DNA of 60,006 nucleotides, filler included, from Globobulimina sp. (lineage: Eukaryota), in assembly GCA_003354225.1 (NCBI GenBank). It is 14 parts of 14 records of this genome, joined end to end, with 100 filler letters (N's around TTAATTAATTAA, not from the genome) between each part and the next. Parts side by side here need not be neighbours in the genome. Positions count along the whole stretch, not along the records: positions 1 to 4,197 come from PIVH01001484.1; positions 4,298 to 8,493 come from PIVH01001485.1; positions 8,594 to 12,789 come from PIVH01001486.1; positions 12,890 to 17,084 come from PIVH01001487.1; 10 more parts are not named here. One strand, given 5' to 3'. Position 1 is the first letter of the stretch. Every line of letters begins with the position of its first letter. Position numbers and translations under genes: made by a program. The notes beneath the pieces are model-generated. The model saw only the letters and a program-made list of their open reading frames with translations. It was not told where the DNA came from and did not search any database. Positions 1 to 13,299 of this stretch are shown piece by piece.

Positions 1-179
1 TTCCATAATTTTGTTTACACTGCACATATAGACAACTATTGAAAGATCGAGCAACTACAAGAACAATGAAAATTTGGTTGAATTGCAGCGAACAAAACAT
101 TATAAAGATTTTCTTGAAGTGAGCTAGTCATCGAGGTCTATCCTTAAATATTATATAAAACACAAAAATCTTTATAATG

Positions 180-3100
180 TCATAAATTTATCAGTTTACC
201 TTTTTTTACTTCAATTCTTAAACATTGCTCTAAATTTCCACATTCTGTAACAAATAATAATACTTCTTTACTATGGATATTTCCCATATTTTTTGGCATG
301 ATTTGTAATATAAATTCCATAGTTGATTGTGACGGAATTTGTAAAATTGGATTATTTATACGTATTATACTTGGATCATTACAAATTAATTCATAATTTC
401 TATGTTGATTATATCCATTATTATATGGTAATTTTCTTGTTATAATTTCATGATTGGAATCATTTTCAGAGTCAATATGTATAATAAATGAATTATCAAT
501 TTTAGGCATTTCAATATGTATTAATACTAAACATTTGAATATATTCTCATTCTCATTATCAATACAATGTATTCTTATTAGTTTTTTACCAATTTCATTT
601 GGTGCATATTCTATATTTAATACACTTTTGTTGTCATTGTTTATTAATTCTAATTGTATGCCATTTTGTTCATCACAAAAGAATTTAAGTTTATCCGCAT
701 TCGTATCATTTAGTAACAATGGCAAATGTATGTTATTTTTGATTATTCCGCCTAGCATTCCATGACAATTTTCATCAAAGTATGAATAAATATTTATTTC
801 CCAAACCTCATTTATATCAATACAATATTTATCATTATAAATTATAAAATAAAATGGATCATTATTTTTATGATTAACATTACATTCTTTTATATCGCAA
901 CGAAATGTAATATTCTCATTATTTTTATCAAACTCAAATGCGACATTATTATTATTATCAGTATGAATGCATTGCAATGCTAATATATGTTCATCATAAT
1001 TAGTATGAATGTTATATATTGCTGGCAGTGGTAAATTGCACATAAATTTCGCATTTTCAAATGTATAAATATCAAATCTCCGATCAATTGAACATTTTAT
1101 TGGTTCAACGGAAATATTAAATGCTATAACTTTTGATTGTGATTGCTTGTAATTATCAATTGAAACATTTATAATCCGTCTTTGAATGGATTTAAATGAT
1201 TGAAATTTAAATGGAATATATATTTTTTCTTGTGGATTGACAATAATTTCATTTGTATTTTCTCTTTCAAATAAATGTCGTTTCATTGTTGTCGATACAT
1301 TGTATTTCTCCTTTAAATAACTCAATTCTTTAATATTTGTCACTAATTTTAATTCATTATTTTCATTCTCATTTATATCAATCATTGGATCATTTATATT
1401 TATTTCAAATTTCTTTTTTTCATTCCATGGATTTTCAAATTGTATCTCAAAAAATATATTTTGGCCAAAATAAGGTTGAATTATAAATTGATCCGATTGA
1501 CTTAATTTATTTAACATTTCTTGTTTTTTTCTATTTCGAAAATCGTTCATTGTTTCCATATTTTCTTTTCTTACTCGCCAGTCATGATTGTCATTATTAT
1601 TATCATTCATTGATATTTCATGGATTGATTCAATTGGTATTTTCCATTTGGTTGTAATACTTTGTATGGGATAACTTAATATTGCATGTTTTGCGAACCC
1701 TTTTCTGAGCTTTTGAGTAAGCTTTGGATTTTCATATAATTTTGATGCATTAATACGTTTGTTTTGGGATTGCATAAGTTTTAAACTACGCACACAAAGT
1801 TCACCAGATTCATCACATATATTTGTTATTAGGTTTTGAGACCAATTGGCATAGCGTAATGTTGCGGTGTCTGATAAGTCCACGGCTTTATGTATAATTT
1901 GTATACATAATTTCGCAGTGATTGTAGTATTTGTACTTGTATTTAAGGATATATTTGTTTGTGTTTCTATGATTGCTGACGGATTATCAGTTATTTTGGT
2001 GCATATTATCGGGATTTCAATATTTTCATTTATTGTATTGTCTTTATTACAATTATTTTGTAACAAAAAATCTCTTAAACATAGACGTGCCGAACCAATT
2101 TGAAACATTGTATTTGCATTAAATATTGTAAATATCGCATATTTGTTATTTGAAAAATGTATAAATTCGCGGATTTGATTGGGAAGAATATTAAATTCAA
2201 ATTTATATTCTTCGACAAATGGTAATAATTGATATTTATCCTCAGCCATTAACGATTCCCGCAGATTATTTATGGTTGTATTTATTGATAGCATTATCGG
2301 TTCGGACATTACTTTTTCTCCCATAAAATCTAATTGAATTATAATTGATTGGATTGGATTCAACAATAAATGTTTTGCCAAAATATTTAAAGAATTACAA
2401 CCAATTGAAAATGCACGTTGATGGCTTAAACTTAATTCATGTTCAATATCTATCACTTTTCTATTTGGAATTAAATCATACGGTGAAAACTCAGTTGTTC
2501 CATAACCGCAACATCTTAACGATCTAACTGAGTGCGATTGTTTTAATAGTTTAACGTTTGGATATGTGTTGTTTTGTAATTTCTGCCATGTGTTGACTGC
2601 AAAACTGTCCTGCAACAATCCTAACTTTGAGGAGCTATCCATTTTATGTTGTAACACGTTGCTTGGTATGATTAGTGATTGTTTTTTAATATCATCCCAA
2701 TCCATAGCCACATACCCTTGAGGTGTTGGCAATATATTGCTACCGCTATTATTTGTATTTATAGTAAGTGGTGTATCAACAAATGTGTTTGTTGTTGTTG
2801 ATGTGATATTGCTTTTCATAGATGATGGATTCTGAGATATTGTACATGTATCAAATGATGTAGCTGTACTTTTGGTGCTTTTGGTACTATTTTGTGTTGA
2901 TGGAGATATATATTCTGTAGATGTGGAGGATAACATGCGAATAACAAATGTTGTTTCAATAATATGTTTTGTATTTGTTTTAATATTATTAAATATTGCA
3001 CAGTCATCAATCCATGAATAATTTGGTGTTAATATTAATTTCGTTGCTTCTGTCCCGTTTAATATCAGTTTATTTGATGTAATATTTATTAATTCTCTGC

Positions 3101-4197
3101 CTACGCAGACAGTATGATGATGGGATGGTGCTTGCACAGAAAACGGATCATCTCTCCATTCTATATTATAATTTAATGATATTAGTAACCAAATAGTATT
3201 GTTTAAATTCGCATTGACTCTAATTTTTATATCACCATTCCAGCATAAAACATTTGGATCATTTGAATGTTTTTGAAGCTGAATAATTGTCGGTGTGGTG
3301 ATGATGTCCCTTTGATTGTAAAATGATATATTTAGATATCTATCAATTATTTTTGAAACTGTTTGATCGGAGCCGCAGAAATTATTTTTCCGAATTATTG
3401 TTAACTTTTCTAATATTTCACTTTCAAATCCTTCGTTTAATGTTAATATAGGTGATGATATAACAAAATCGGTTGCTTTTATATCAAATATAAGACGCCA
3501 TGATTTATCATAGGGATGCGATGGGATATTATTTTGATTACCAGTTCCAATGATTGTTTCTGAAGAGAATAAATGCGAAATGCATACTAATTTTTTGAAT
3601 GTAAATGATCGAAATGACAGTTTTATGGACGTTTCTGGAATAGAATTTGTGTCGTTGTTTATTAACAAATAGGAAGGCGACCCTTGAAATAAAAAATGTG
3701 TTTTTAATTTACTTTCTCTTTGTAACGGATCATTGTTATTTTCATCTGGATGCACATCAATTAATGCGCGCGTATTTGCAAATAATTTAATCACTGTCCA
3801 TCCCAATGATATTTGATTTATTATCACACCTTCATTTCGTGTCTGAGCCACTAATTCAATCACAATCCATTTAGATTCATATGCTTTTGATTTTAAATAC
3901 ATCCAGACTTTGGTAATTGGAACAGCCTGATTATTGCTGTCGGTATCAAATGGCTCGGATTTCCATGTTCTTCCAATGAAACATGACTCATTGCTGTCAA
4001 ATATTGAACAATATAATAATATTTCAATTTTTCCGGACGCGTTGCTTTGATTTTGTAATTGGGAAATATACCATGTTGGAATTTGAATTGGAGCCAAACT
4101 ATCTACGCATATCGCATAACATTGAGGCTTACATTGAGGTATACCTGCTGTGGATGGCAATTTTAACCCTTTTAATTTAGACACAGCTTTCTTTAAA
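180..4197 (-). CDS. NPHP4: Nephrocystin-4-like ciliary transition-zone protein, intronless, 5' end runs off the contig
   Basis: 1334-aa ORF whose frame stays open to the contig edge (the track's start is a GTG). N-terminal C2 motifs FIGRTWKS, WIVIELV, ISLGW and LFQGSP, and the C-terminal Ig-like region PYFGQNIFFEIQFENP...IPFKFQSF...IDRRF, match NPHP4. Confidence 0.8.
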
Positions 4198-4297
4198 NNN
4201 NNNNNNNNNNNNNNNNNNNNNNNNNNNNNNNNNNNNNNNNNTTAATTAATTAANNNNNNNNNNNNNNNNNNNNNNNNNNNNNNNNNNNNNNNNNNNN
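4198..4297. other. Artificial contig-joining spacer (first of 13)
   Basis: 44 N + TTAATTAATTAA (stops in all six frames) + 44 N. The same spacer occurs at 8494-8593, 12790-12889, 17085-17184, 21380-21479, 25674-25773, 29968-30067, 34261-34360, 38554-38653, 42846-42945, 47137-47236, 51428-51527 and 55718-55817. Confidence 0.99.
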
Positions 4298-4543
4298 CGT
4301 TTGGCTCATCCCGTGGGCCTTGCAAGTTTGGTGGAGTCGCCATTGTTAAGTTGACGAGTGAAAACTAATTCGATTAGTGATTTTACTTTCAATTCACTTA
4401 AATGCACAAACTCTTATCATCAGGCGATACTAAAAGAGATAATACATCCATATTTGAAAACCATTGAAAATACTGTATTTCTGCAGAAAGCTGTATTTTC
4501 AAACTCCTAAAAAAACAACTTAACTGAAAACTCATCTGTCACC

Positions 4544-7258
4544 ATGCCTGCCTTCCAATGGACTTACATAATATGTTGTTTAATCCAATTGGCAACCTCT
4601 CAATCCGTAGATCAATTTACCATATCTACAACTGCAGCACATCCAGGTGACGATGCCACTAACTTAGAAGTGACTTTGTATTGGGGAAATAATTCATACA
4701 ATTGTTCGTTTCCAACATCAACCACTACACAAGCTGAATATAACTGCAATGACCAAGCACCCTGGTCCCCAGTAGAAATATCTCAAGATTATACATTGCC
4801 GTATTATCTCCAATTCAAATGGATGACAGGTGGTGATGTAGCAACTTCTTTGATTGAAATTGATGCCATTAATGTTACACTTGACAATGGTTTTTGGTAC
4901 GCTATCGACCATTTTTGTATTCGTTAAGTTGTCTTGGTCGTAAATACGGGATGCATCCAATTGCAATTTAATTGTATTTATTGTAAATATTAAATAGATT
5001 CAATGATGTCGTGTACATCGGGCCTTTCCAGCACACAAAAATGTGGTCAATGGAGTTCAAAAGATGAATATAACACTTTCAAAATGGGCAGCACCACAAA
5101 TTTTCAATTATTATATGTAGATTTTCGATCGAACATAACTGGAATTCCCAATTTTGCCAATATAATACACGAAGGATCCGTTAGACCGCCAATTTTGGTG
5201 CAATTAGGTCTTACCACTCAACAAACATACGATGCGGATGCAGTGAGTGCTCAATGGGACAACAAATATTACCGTTGTACGGGCGGAATGACTTTTACAG
5301 ACTCCGTTGGTAATTGGACATGCGACATAACGGAATCAAAGACCTGTCCTGGTGTTAACAGCAGTTTTTGGTGGAGTATCCATAACGATGCGACTGGCGT
5401 GGCCGAAACCATAACTGTTACCGGTGTACAAGTTACTGATGAGACTGGCACAACTTATAGAATGTCGCAATGGTGTCATCCACTCGAGGATCCATTCTAT
5501 ACTAATGCTTATTCAAATTGTATAGAATTAACTTCCTATATCCATTATACTGATCCTATTCCTGTTGGTGGAATGTTTGTCGACGTCTCACAAGTTGCCT
5601 TTATTGCCCCTGATTATGCTCAACAATTTTCCTGTTTATTTGCCTACCCAGATGTGTATGAACCCAACATTGACATTGCTGTGTTATCAGGTACTGTAAA
5701 TATAATATATTGTATCCTTGCACACCATAATATACATCATAATATAATATAAAAATATGTGCATGCAGCTGATGGTGGTATGAAAGGATGGGGACATGAT
5801 AAATATGGAGGAACCACCGATATTGTATGCCCAATCACACCCGGACCGACTACATATCCCACCACGTCACCAACATTTGAGCCTACCTCTGAGCCAACCT
5901 GGGAGCCAACATTCGAACCGACCTTTGTACCAACCTCCAATCCCACTTTCCATCCCACCGCAGATCCCACATTCGAACCCACCGTACAACCAACACACGA
6001 TCCAACCAATGACCCGACCTCCGAACCTACACAACAACCCACATATGAACCAACTACAAATCCAACTGATCAGCCTACACATAATCCAACATCAGACCCA
6101 ACCTATGAGCCAACAACTAACCCTACATTTGACCCCACATCTGAGCCTTCCTATGAACCCACAAACCACCCCACCAGTCATCCATCATCTGATCCAACAC
6201 TTGACCCAACATATGAGCCTACTTACGAGCCCACCACTTATCCAACAACTGATCCCACTGCAGACCCAACATCAGATCCTACACATAATCCAACATCAGA
6301 CCCAACCTCTGAACCAACAACGAACCCCACATATTACCCTAGCTCTGAACCCACATTTGACCCCACCTCTGAGCCTACCTATGAACCCACCAATTATCCC
6401 ACATCAGATCCTACATTTGAGCCTACACATAATCCAACCTCACACCCTACATTTGAGCCCACCAATTATCCAACAACCGATCCCACTGTAGACCCAACCT
6501 CAGATCCTACATTTGAGCCTACCAATAATCCAACCACTCATCCAACTGCCGATCCCAGTGCAGATCCTACATTCCATCCTACCTTTTACCCAACATATAA
6601 CCCAACCGGTGAACCAACATTGGATCCAACGGCCACCACTGAAAATGTCGTGGATGATAGATTTATATTACCATACAATATCCAATGGATTGAAGGGATA
6701 ATCGCCATTGTGGCCTTATTGATATGTTGCTTATTATTTGGTATTTGTTGTTGGTGTTACAGACGAAAACTGAAAGCTGAAAAGGAAAAAGTTAAAACAT
6801 TGGGTGGTAATATTACAGCCGGTACTGAAATGACAGAAACAACAAAAACAACCATAGTTTTGAATACGGCGGAGGAGGAACAGAAGGATAATGAGCACGG
6901 TTTCGAGGCAGTACAAGCAGAATCACCAGATGTCGAATTAGCAGATGATATTGATATTAAATTGGAGGATTCAGATGAAATAAAGTTAGAACAAGCATGG
7001 ACAGAGGGGGGAGAAGGTGGTAAATCAATTGATACCATAAACACTATGAATACGGGTGATTTTGTGGGCTCATTGGATGGCGTTCGAGATACTGGCAACA
7101 AAGATGATGCCGCATTGGACTTGATTTTAGATGGTGCTCCTACACAGCACCAACATCGTGAAGTATGTTTTTATTTTGTTTCTTATATTTTGGAGAATCG
7201 GATGTTAGTTATTGACTTATTGTTTATTGTTAAACAGAGTGTCAAGTTTACTGTGTAG
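4544..7258 (+). CDS. Type I membrane mucin-like surface protein: signal peptide, two related Cys-containing beta domains, PTxxPT stalk, TM, acidic tail (~828 aa, 4 exons)
   Basis: Exons 4544-4922, 4998-5690, 5769-7162 and 7238-7258 join in frame through GT-AG introns of 75, 78 and 75 nt (the last is in-frame and inferred). Hydrophobic N-terminus; TM GIIAIVALLICCLLFGICCW followed by RRKLK. Confidence 0.8.
5837..6640 (+). repeat. Coding tandem repeat, 12-nt / 4-aa (xxPT)n Pro-Thr stalk
   Basis: About 65 degenerate units such as FEPT, SDPT, YEPT, HNPT and TDPT. Confidence 0.95.
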
Positions 7259-7676
7259 GTAAAGTGGCAAACTAATCCTCAAATTACATTGGAAGCTTTA
7301 TTTTTATGGTGGTTTTGTTTTCATTGTAATCGCGTTCGTTTGTTTATAATATTCAAGCTCATAGATTGGGCATGACCTATGGTCGAGGAACATGAATCAT
7401 AATATTTATTAACACTGTGATTTATTGTCTGATGTTGTAAAATATTCTCGACATGAAATAAATGTATGTTGCTCGACGTCGCGTCATATTCAATCTATTG
7501 GACTTGATGCCATTAATGTGAGTTTTGAATATATTATTTTTGTTTCCTTGTGAGTGAGAGTAACAAACTAGTTGAATATTCGTCTATTAGTTCACAACAA
7601 CGTTTTGATGAAGCTTAATACTCGTTCAGTGACTCAAATTTTTTTAGTCATATTAGTTACACAATACACAGTAACC

Positions 7677-8493
7677 ATGCTGCTGTTCATCGTTAGCTTG
7701 CTTTTTGTGATAATCAACGCAGTTGATATATACACAAATGATTGCGGGAGATTGGACGGTTGGTTTGGAACTGGAATAGTCCATGGGACATTCACAGGAG
7801 GAATGTATTGCCCAGGTTCTGATATCGTTTGTTGGAGAGTATCTGGTTCCTGTTGTATTGGAAGTAAAGTGTACCCAAGAAATAGCATCAGTACATCAGG
7901 ACATAATAACATATTTGTAGAGTTTTACGTATATTTTGATCTAACAATTCCAACAAACTTCGAGGGTTGTTATGTTGACATCAGTTATAATAATGGTTCA
8001 AGTTGGAACGATGCGTTTTATACAGTTACACCAAATATTAAATATCAAGCAACTGTAGATTTACCTGCCAACGCTGACAATAATCCGAATTTGAAGATTC
8101 GCTTCCGAGTTGATTCAGAAGTTGATGAAGAAGAAAATTGTTACATTAATGACCTCCGTATTTATTCCGTGACTGCGCCACCAACATCACAGCCAACAAC
8201 AAGTACTCACACATGTACATGTACATATTTTTGATATATTTTCAAAATCTGTCACATATATACCTACAACCTCAGCACCAACAACCTCAGCACCAACAAC
8301 CTCAACACCAACAACCTCAGCACCCACAACCTCAACACCAACAACCTCAAATCCAACCACATGTATGTTTATAATATGGACAACAAACAAAATCATTTGT
8401 AACACGACTTTACACAGCTATGCCTACAACAAATGTTCCATCTGTTCCTCCGACAACTTCCGTGCCAACAACAACACAGCAACCAACAATTGA
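7677..8493 (+). CDS. Secreted or surface protein with a jelly-roll-like domain followed by (APTTS)n repeats; 3' truncated
   Basis: ATG at 7677 with signal peptide MLLFIVSLLFVIINA. Domain ISTSGHNNIFVEF...SYNNGSSW...LPANADNNPNLKIRFR...CYINDLRI. Probable introns start at about 8203 and 8362. 15-nt tandem repeats at about 8263-8360. Confidence 0.65.
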
Positions 8494-8644
8494 NNNNNNN
8501 NNNNNNNNNNNNNNNNNNNNNNNNNNNNNNNNNNNNNTTAATTAATTAANNNNNNNNNNNNNNNNNNNNNNNNNNNNNNNNNNNNNNNNNNNNTTTTGTG
8601 TTTCAAGCTTAGAGTATACAAAAATTTAGCAACACTTTTTATAC

Positions 8645-11600
8645 ATGGCAACTCTTTTAATATTACTAAGCAGTATATTTTCCAAATGTTTATCAGTCAC
8701 ACCGCTCGGCGATTGGAGATCCGGCGGCCAAGCATCCAAACATTACTACGCAGGCGCCGGATCCAGCACAGCTTGCGGTTTTATCAATGTGGACAGTTAT
8801 TTAAACGGAGTGCCTCCACATCCATCGCATGACTCAGCCTTTCCGTTTGGTTTCGTTTCAGCCGTTGGTACCGTACCTACAGGCTCCCCCTTTGACAATT
8901 TATTCTCTCCCAACGATGTCACTGGACAAGGCTGTGGCGCATGTTATGAAATCCAATGCATCGGAATCTGGGGCGATGCACAAGAAGGTATATAATACAT
9001 ATTTAAAAATGCATTAACATACATATTCCCCTACATATACACATAAAAAAGGCTGTGTGTGTAACGCAGAGAGTGTGGTGGTGCAAGCCATTGATTTGTC
9101 GGGACTGAATCCTGAACCACATTTTGATATTGCATATGCGGGATTTGATGTAATTGCGGGTCCGTTGTGCGGCCGCGTAGCCATTGATTATCGTCAAGTG
9201 ACCTGCGACTTCACCGACAATATCTATATAAGTACGGATTGGAACGATGCCTGGTCATATTATTTGAACTTTTATAATGTGGCAGGCGACGGGAAATTGT
9301 GTGGCGTCGAGTTACGATCGAATGGAGTTAGTGAGTGGATGACATGTAGCAATATCGGATCAAAATGGCAGTGTGATGACTCCAACTTGGAACCTACTGT
9401 TTTGCCGTTGAGCTTCCGCTTAACGGATTGTGCCGGACAGGTAATCACTGCCATTGATGTTGTGACGGCATTTGGTGCTATCACCGGTGTGTAATATTGC
9501 ATACAAATGCAAATGGAATCTATACAGCGGATGTTTATGTATACAGCGGATTTAGGCGTCAATTTCGTGTATGGAGGCGGTGTAAGTACCAGCAGCACGA
9601 CAACAACGACAACCACCACCACGACAAGTACCACTGCAGCACCTGTGGGTGGTATAACATATCCATTGTTTGTGTCGTATGTTGGACAAATTGGCCCATC
9701 GTGGGGTGATTCGCACAATGCAGTTCTTTTAAGCAATCTGTTAAGTGCAAATCTATCAAAAATGAAGACATATTGTACTCTGTATACAGTACTTTTCATT
9801 TCGCTGTTTAGTTTGTGTCCGATTTACATTTTTGTACTTAAAAACAAACCTTAACACAAACTGAAATGTGCTGTATACCGTACATTTACATTATAACCAT
9901 TTAAATACATATATTTTGTTAAAAATAAAAGTGGTGTACCAGGCTACAGTACGCATCCATACAACGTATTAAATTTTGCATTTTGGCTCTCGAGCACAAA
10001 CGTCGCCGCACTCCGCACCGCGGCCGGAAGTTGGCAAAACTTAGCAACCTTCATCACGGACAACACGTTACTTCAAACCTTGACCGGTTCGACAAACCCA
10101 ACTTCAGCCCAATTACGCACAGCGATCAAAGCCATATACACCGCCAACAACATCAAAATATTCCTATCCGCCTTTGGCGCCAACGACGATCCCATGACCT
10201 ATGGCGCGAGCACAGTGGGTACAAATTTAGGCAGCTATGCAAAAACATACTTATACGATGGAGTCGATGTAGATTGGGAAAGTACGGCCACTTTCGACTA
10301 TGCAGGTACTGGCGAAGCATGGCTAACTGCGCTAACTTCGGCGTTAAACACCGAATTAAATCCGACGGGGAAAAGTTATCTGATCTCGCACGCGCCGCAA
10401 GCTCCTTATTTTATGGGCAGCACACTCTCTCAGTACCCGCGGGGCGGCTATTTGACAGTACATAGCAACGTGGGACATTTGATTGATTGGTACAATGTGC
10501 AGTTTTATAACCAGGGTCCCTCGACTTTGTACAATAGCTATTCCAATATGTTCGAGGCTTCGATTGGTTGGAGCTTAAATACTGCGGTGTATCAGATGAT
10601 AAATGGCGACAATCCGGAAAGTGTATCCATACCAAGCAGCAAAATTGTTGTTGGCAAACATTCGTTGGGCGATGGCAGCGATTTTGTGGATGGAGCTACA
10701 TTGAAAAGCATCTTCAACATTGCTTTGGCGAGTTCTCCGGTATGGAATACGGGGTTTATGTGCTGGCAGTTTTATACGGAGAACACTCAGAGTCCGCAGT
10801 TCCAGGTCGCGAATGCAGTGGTTGCTGCCAATTGGGATTTGACTGTGACGGCAGCGCCGACATCGCCGACCTTAGCACCGGCGCCGACTACGGCGAATCC
10901 GACCGGTAACGGTGGAGGTGGTGGCTGTGTGAGCGGCAATATTTGTGTTAAAGTAAAAGGTATTTTGATGTGTTTTTTGGTGGTTTGTAGGTTGAAACAT
11001 TGGGTTTTTGTTTTTGAAAACGTGCAGGATTTGCATCTGAAACACCGACGGCGGGGTCACCGGTTTGGTGGTGGGGCATATATGACGAGAATATCATAGA
11101 TTCGTTGGGCGGTGGTTGTGCTATCTCGGGTTGCACAGATATCGAAATAAAGCAAAGTAGTTCGAATGTGTGGATTGCTGCTTATGATGAAAATGGTGAT
11201 TGCAGCTTTAATATGGGAGGTGATCCATTTACATCTGCTCGGATCTCAGTTGATGTTAAGATTACCAGTACCAATGGCGATGTTGTTGTGGCTGCGGGCG
11301 TTGTGCAGACAACTGCTGCTGATACGGAATGGGATTTTGGCTCTAATTTTGGTTCATGCACTGGTGCCACCGGTATGTAGTATATATTATGTATATTTTG
11401 TGTATAAAATGCGTTTTGCGACAGCAAATCCGTCGAGCTCACCAACGGAAAGACCATCTGCAACACCTACAGCAAGGCCTTCAGGTATAACATAATAAAT
11501 ATATTACATAATATGAGAATTAATTAATATTTTTGCGACAGCAAATCCGTCGAGCTCACCAACGACAAAACCATCTGCAACACCTACAGCAAAACCGTCA

Positions 11601-12620
11601 GGTATATAATATGAACATTCTGCACACAAAATTAAACCATGTATACATATAACAGCAAACCCGTCAATCTCACCAATAGAAAATCCAACCGCAGCACCAA
11701 TTGATAGTACATCAACGCCAACTAAATCCCCCGCAAATGACCCAACATCACGACCTACACGAAATCCAACGGGAAGTCCAACACAAAAACCTTCTAAAAA
11801 CCCAACATCTTCTCCCAATGCACGTACCTCAACGCCCTCTAAAGCCCCAACCACAAAACCTACCACAAACCCAACCCAAAATCCAGCACAAAACGACACA
11901 CCAAATCCCACCAAAACCCCAACCAGAAAACGACCGACGAGAAGTCCAAAGCCGACGAGAAGTCCACATAGTGAGACAACGCCATGTATCAGTTCGTGCA
12001 CAGGCGAAGCTAACCGCGATTATCAATCATGTAATGGGTGCCGTGTGTTCGCGACCTGCAGCAATGGCATCATTTATGACAATAGAGCCTGTCCAGCGGA
12101 CTTAGTATTTGATGCTGACCTGAAATATTGTGGCCGTACTTCCAGCACTTGCTCAGACTCAAATGCCTTCACCAGTGGTGGCGGCGGGAGTGGTGCGACG
12201 CAGTCATTGTATATTGTGTTGAGTGTGGTGGCGTTGCTTATTGTTTGTTGTGGTGTCGCCGCCCTGTCATTCCGTTGTGTGTATAAAAAGAAAAGAAGCA
12301 AAACAAGAAGGAAATCGCAAGAAGACTTGGCTAATGTTATCCAAATGAATGACTTGGCGTCGTATCCTGGACCGACTCATGTCGCATTACCCTCGAAATC
12401 GGTTGGTCTGGATACGAATACTTCGACGGATGGCTCTCAAATTGGGTTTGCTGCCAATACTGATTCTGGAGCAATGTTATCGGTGCAAGCCCCAGCCATT
12501 AAAGCACTGAATATGGTGAAATCTTATTCGGTGTCGGTTTATTCGCCGGAGTTGAAACCGGTGCCGCAGCCACAAATTGCATCGCAACCGCAAGATACTG
12601 ACAATTCGTTTGTTATTTAA
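8645..12620 (+). CDS. Multidomain membrane-anchored expansin (DPBB+CBM63) - GH18 chitinase - CBM63-like - PT stalk - CBM14 - TM protein (~1142 aa, 8 exons)
   Basis: Exons 8645-8987, 9052-9486, 9547-9739, 9932-10959, 11028-11372, 11425-11484, 11542-11601 and 11656-12620 splice in frame (3429 nt). Expansin motifs ACG, GCGACYEIQC, HFD and PLSFRLT; GH18 YDGVDVDWE, ISHAPQAPYF and NVQFYNQ; CBM14 CPADLVFD...C; TM followed by KKKR. Confidence 0.85.
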
Positions 12621-13299
12621 ATGTCGCAAATTAAATTGAATTATTATTACATTATTAACTTACTTACTTACTGACTTTTATTTTGTTTTTTTATTGTGTT
12701 ATTTTAAAGTTTAAATTTTTGAGTCGATATTTCAGTTTTGCTGAAATGTCGTATTATATTTATATTTTTTTATTCATTATTTTGTTTGANNNNNNNNNNN
12801 NNNNNNNNNNNNNNNNNNNNNNNNNNNNNNNNNTTAATTAATTAANNNNNNNNNNNNNNNNNNNNNNNNNNNNNNNNNNNNNNNNNNNNAATACGGTGAC
12901 ATAATTCAGTATTTATTCGTTTAGTCTGTTAAATATTGATTGTAGACGGATAAAATCAACTGAATTAGTGACTTTACTTTCTTTTCACTTAAATGCACTT
13001 TGTCTAATATAATATATATATAATTGTAGGTATAATGAATATAATAACAGACTAAACGAATTTGCAATGAAAAATAAAATAACATAATGTCAAAGGGAAT
13101 GCAATATTCTGAGAATAACTGAATAAGGAAACAGACAAATGCTAGATACTTGAATTTATAATACAATAATAATCGGAACAATATCAGCATAACAAGTGCT
13201 TTTGTTGTTTTTCCTGAAACAACGCGCAATTTTCATTAAAATATATATATTGTACAGATTCGACTGATCGAAATTTCGAAAAATATAAAACATAAATAA

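Noticed and set aside
5837-6640. Possible CRISPR-like or satellite array
   Set aside because: Units are 12-nt degenerate codon repeats inside an exon, with no constant repeat plus unique spacers and no cas genes.
5737-6701. Antisense and alternate-frame ORFs over PT repeats (VGSxVG; also 8187-8405 and 11504-12105)
   Set aside because: Shadows of low-complexity Pro/Thr codon repeats with no independent coding evidence.
12921-13229. 102-aa minus-strand ORF (similarly 20698-20892, 21178-21360, 28623-28934 and 59149-59553)
   Set aside because: AT-rich UTR/intergenic or antisense sequence with no motifs, several with non-ATG starts.
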